Translations under genes and position numbers: made by a program
The notes under the pieces: generated by a model
Databases searched by the model: none
What the model saw: the letters and a program-made list of their open reading frames with translations, nothing else
What the model was told of the DNA's origin: nothing
Assembly (NCBI GenBank): GCA_963798085.1
Contig: CAWCRS010000003.1
Coordinates: 608,001 to 672,000, forward strand
Length of the DNA stretch: 64,000 nucleotides
Reading direction: 5' to 3'
From: an uncultured Gemmatimonadales bacterium
GTDB lineage: Bacteria; Gemmatimonadota; Gemmatimonadetes; Longimicrobiales; RSA9
Part shown: positions 61,857 to 64,000 of the stretch, one piece after another
Numbering within the stretch: the stretch's first letter is position 1
Layout: each line of letters begins with the position of its first letter

Positions 61857-62960
61857 CTAACGCGCCCCACGCTGCCAGATCAGGACGGAACCACACCCGT
61901 CATCGTAAGGCATGGGCGCGGCCGCTCCGACGTACACCTCCATGGCCTCGATGTGGTCCGGCGTCAGGAAATCGAGGTCGCCTGCCTGGTGGTAGCCGAT
62001 GGGATGCCCGTCCACGTAGACCTTGGGCAGGCACCAGCCGCCGCTCGAACTCTTGAAGCTCAGCGCGGTGCGGCCGGCACCATAGAACTCGATGTGCGCG
62101 GCACTCACCCGCGCGAACAGGTCCGGGAACGTCATCATGCCGCGGCTCTCGATTTCCTTGCGATCCACGAAGACCGCCCGCCCGCTCGCCTCATCCTTGC
62201 GCATGAAGTAACCCACGCGGTCGAGCAGATCCGAACGCACTGTTACCTCGAGCGCCGGCAGCTCGATGGGTTTCGTCGAGATGGGCACGGTCACTTCCAG
62301 TGTGCGGCCCGCCTGCGGTTCGACGGGTGCGATGCGTTCCTGGTATCCCAGCATCTCCACCTGCAGTGCCTGCGTTCCCGTGGGCACACCGAACAGCACG
62401 AAGCGGCCGCGCGCGTCACTCACGATGCGCAGGGACGTGCCGTTGATGGTGACGACGGCGCCCGTCAGGGGCCGCCCTGTGCCGGCATCGGTCACCGTGC
62501 CCACCAGCACGGCGGGGGCAGCGGCGCGCGCGGCATGCTGCTGCTGTGGCGGCGGTGACGCGGCGGGCGGTGGCGCCTGCGCCGCCTGTGCCTGCGGCCT
62601 GGGTGACCCGGCGCCGGCGGCCTGCGCCGGAATGCGCAGCAGCAGGTCCGTCGCGCCCCCCGGTTCCAGCCGCACGTTCACGTAATCCGCTGTTATACCC
62701 AGCGAGTCGAGACGGGGGTGGCGGAAAACGACCGCGTAAACGCCGGCCGGCACATTGGGGATGAAGAAGCGGCCGTCCTCGTTGGTCAGCGCGAACAGCG
62801 GACTGCCCAACAGCACGACGCGCGCCCCGGCAAGCGGCTGGTTGCGCGTGCTGTCGAACACGGTGCCCATCAGACGGGCGTCCTGCGCGCACAGAGCGGA
62901 CGGCGCCAGCGCCAGTCCGGCGGCCAGCGCCAGGGTCCCCTTTATCATTGCGTTAGTCAT
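61857..62960 (-). CDS. Two carboxypeptidase-regulatory-like domains + TonB plug-like domain
   Basis: GTVFDSTRNQPLAGARV, GTVTDAGTGRPLTGAVV, VYVDG, HIEAMEVY, CGSVLIW. Confidence 0.8.
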   Translation of the reverse strand: MTNAMIKGTLALAAGLALAPSALCAQDARLMGTVFDSTRNQPLAGARVVLLGSPLFALTNEDGRFFIPNVPAGVYAVVFRHPRLDSLGITADYVNVRLEPGGATDLLLRIPAQAAGAGSPRPQAQAAQAPPPAASPPPQQQHAARAAAPAVLVGTVTDAGTGRPLTGAVVTINGTSLRIVSDARGRFVLFGVPTGTQALQVEMLGYQERIAPVEPQAGRTLEVTVPISTKPIELPALEVTVRSDLLDRVGYFMRKDEASGRAVFVDRKEIESRGMMTFPDLFARVSAAHIEFYGAGRTALSFKSSSGGWCLPKVYVDGHPIGYHQAGDLDFLTPDHIEAMEVYVGAAAPMPYDDGCGSVLIWQRGAR

Positions 62961-63524
62961 GGCTCGCTGCTCCGGATGTTCGCATTGCAGGCGACACCGC
63001 CGTTCTGTGCTCCAGCGCGCTGGCGCCCGTGCTGCGCGCCGGCCGCAGCGCCGCAGCGGTAACGCTTTCGCCATGGTCGCCGCACTTCGGCAGGTTGCGC
63101 GTGCACTCGAGCACCATGCCTGACAGGCGGGCGGGCTGCGCGATCACCCGGCCCGGCAATCCACCCGCCAGCCGCAATGCGGCGCACAGCAGCGGGAGAA
63201 CGCGGGCGAACGGGCAGCGACTTCATTGGCGGATCGGCCTGCCGTGGTTCGAGAGACAACTACTGTCACAGTAAGACGCCCGGCCGGGTTTCGCCATTCA
63301 GGCAGCGTGCATTCCGCTGCCATTTGCGCTGCGCCTCCTGCGCAGGACGCGCGCGTGGCGGCCCTCGGCGTGAACGCGTCGCGCCCACCGCCTGCACCCC
63401 GAGGTGTTCGACAAGCCTGGCGCTGAGCCGAATGGCGGCGTCGGGCTGCGAGCCCGGGTCGCGCGAATAGCGGACCGGGACGGAATCGGCGGTGGCCGGG
63501 GGGTTGGGAGGCGATATATCGCTC

Positions 63525-63699
63525 CGGACCGTCTTGGCGTTCATGGGTTGACCATCCAGGTGAACCGTCTGGCGACCCATTCTCACCTTCATGCCCACTT
63601 GATCATATGGCGGCGGGCCGTTCCGAAGTGCCTGGCCCCCCTTCCCCGACGGACACCATGTCTTGACCGGCCGGAAGCCAAGAATGCCAAGGTGGTCCG
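63525..63699. repeat. Inverted-repeat-bounded element, copy 5 (175 bp)
   Basis: CGGACCGTCTTGGCGTTCAT ... AAGAATGCCAAGGTGGTCCG. Confidence 0.8.
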
Positions 63700-63909
63700 A
63701 GGGTTCTGGAAGCCAATGGGGGCAGTCGCGGCAACCGGCTTCGATCCGGCGACGGCCCACCGGATCACCGGCCCCGCGGTTCCCCGTCGCGCATGCCCTG
63801 CGGCGGTCGGACCCCCGTCGTCGCCTGCCATGATCGGTTTCAGCCGGGATTCCTGCGTTAATGTGCGGAGGCGGATGCGCGCCTCCGTGGCAGCACCCGG
63901 GAGGACTTC

Positions 63910-64000
63910 ATGCCGAACCCCAGGAAAACAGGCCCCGCAGTGGCGGGCGTGCTCACGGCGCTGACTCTGCTGTTCGCGTGCAGCAAGGACAGCAGCGAGC
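63910..64000 (+). CDS. 5' end of a lipoprotein gene (partial)
   Basis: GGAGG SD; MPNPRKTGPAVAGVLTALTLLFA-CSKDSSE with lipobox LFAC; absent from the ORF track because it is truncated. Confidence 0.7.
   Translation, partial: MPNPRKTGPAVAGVLTALTLLFACSKDSSE

Noticed and set aside
8473..63699. CRISPR array or integron attC interpretation of the repeat arms
   Set aside because: The arms are inverted pairs kilobases apart, not tandem repeats with spacers; there are no cas or intI genes and no RYYYAAC/GTTRRRY ends.

Overview
GC-rich (roughly 68-70% by eye) bacterial chromosome segment. The gene content (two PadR + ADOP-type permease pairs, a DUF5916 protein, a carboxypeptidase-regulatory/plug protein, a DHOR protein) suggests Gemmatimonadota or a similar Acidobacteria-like lineage (inference). 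In order it holds: a frameshifted alpha-dioxygenase-like heme peroxidase gene cut by the left edge, assorted hydrolases, dacB, a group II PLP decarboxylase, a lysine/DAP operon (M20-asd-lysC-dapB-dapA-dapD), GNAT+M20, glcDEF, kynB/M42, ispH, an L,D-transpeptidase, a Wzx/Wzy polysaccharide operon, an MFS transporter, a TonB-dependent receptor with a downstream barrel-cupredoxin protein, DHOR and a parvulin PPIase. Most notable: (1) five intergenic copies of a 131-228 bp element bounded by one inverted-repeat motif (CGGACCGTCYTGGCGTTCTT...AAGAAYGCCAAGACGGTCCG), REPIN/MITE-like, with no transposase in the window; (2) a polysaccharide operon whose Wzc lacks kinase motifs but which ends in an HprK-related kinase and faces a divergent nucleotidyltransferase; (3) a predicted outer-membrane barrel fused to an amicyanin-type copper site. 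Single-base indels create false fusions and splits, and several look like strain-mixture consensus artefacts. No rRNA, tRNA, CRISPR array, integrase or transposase was recognised.
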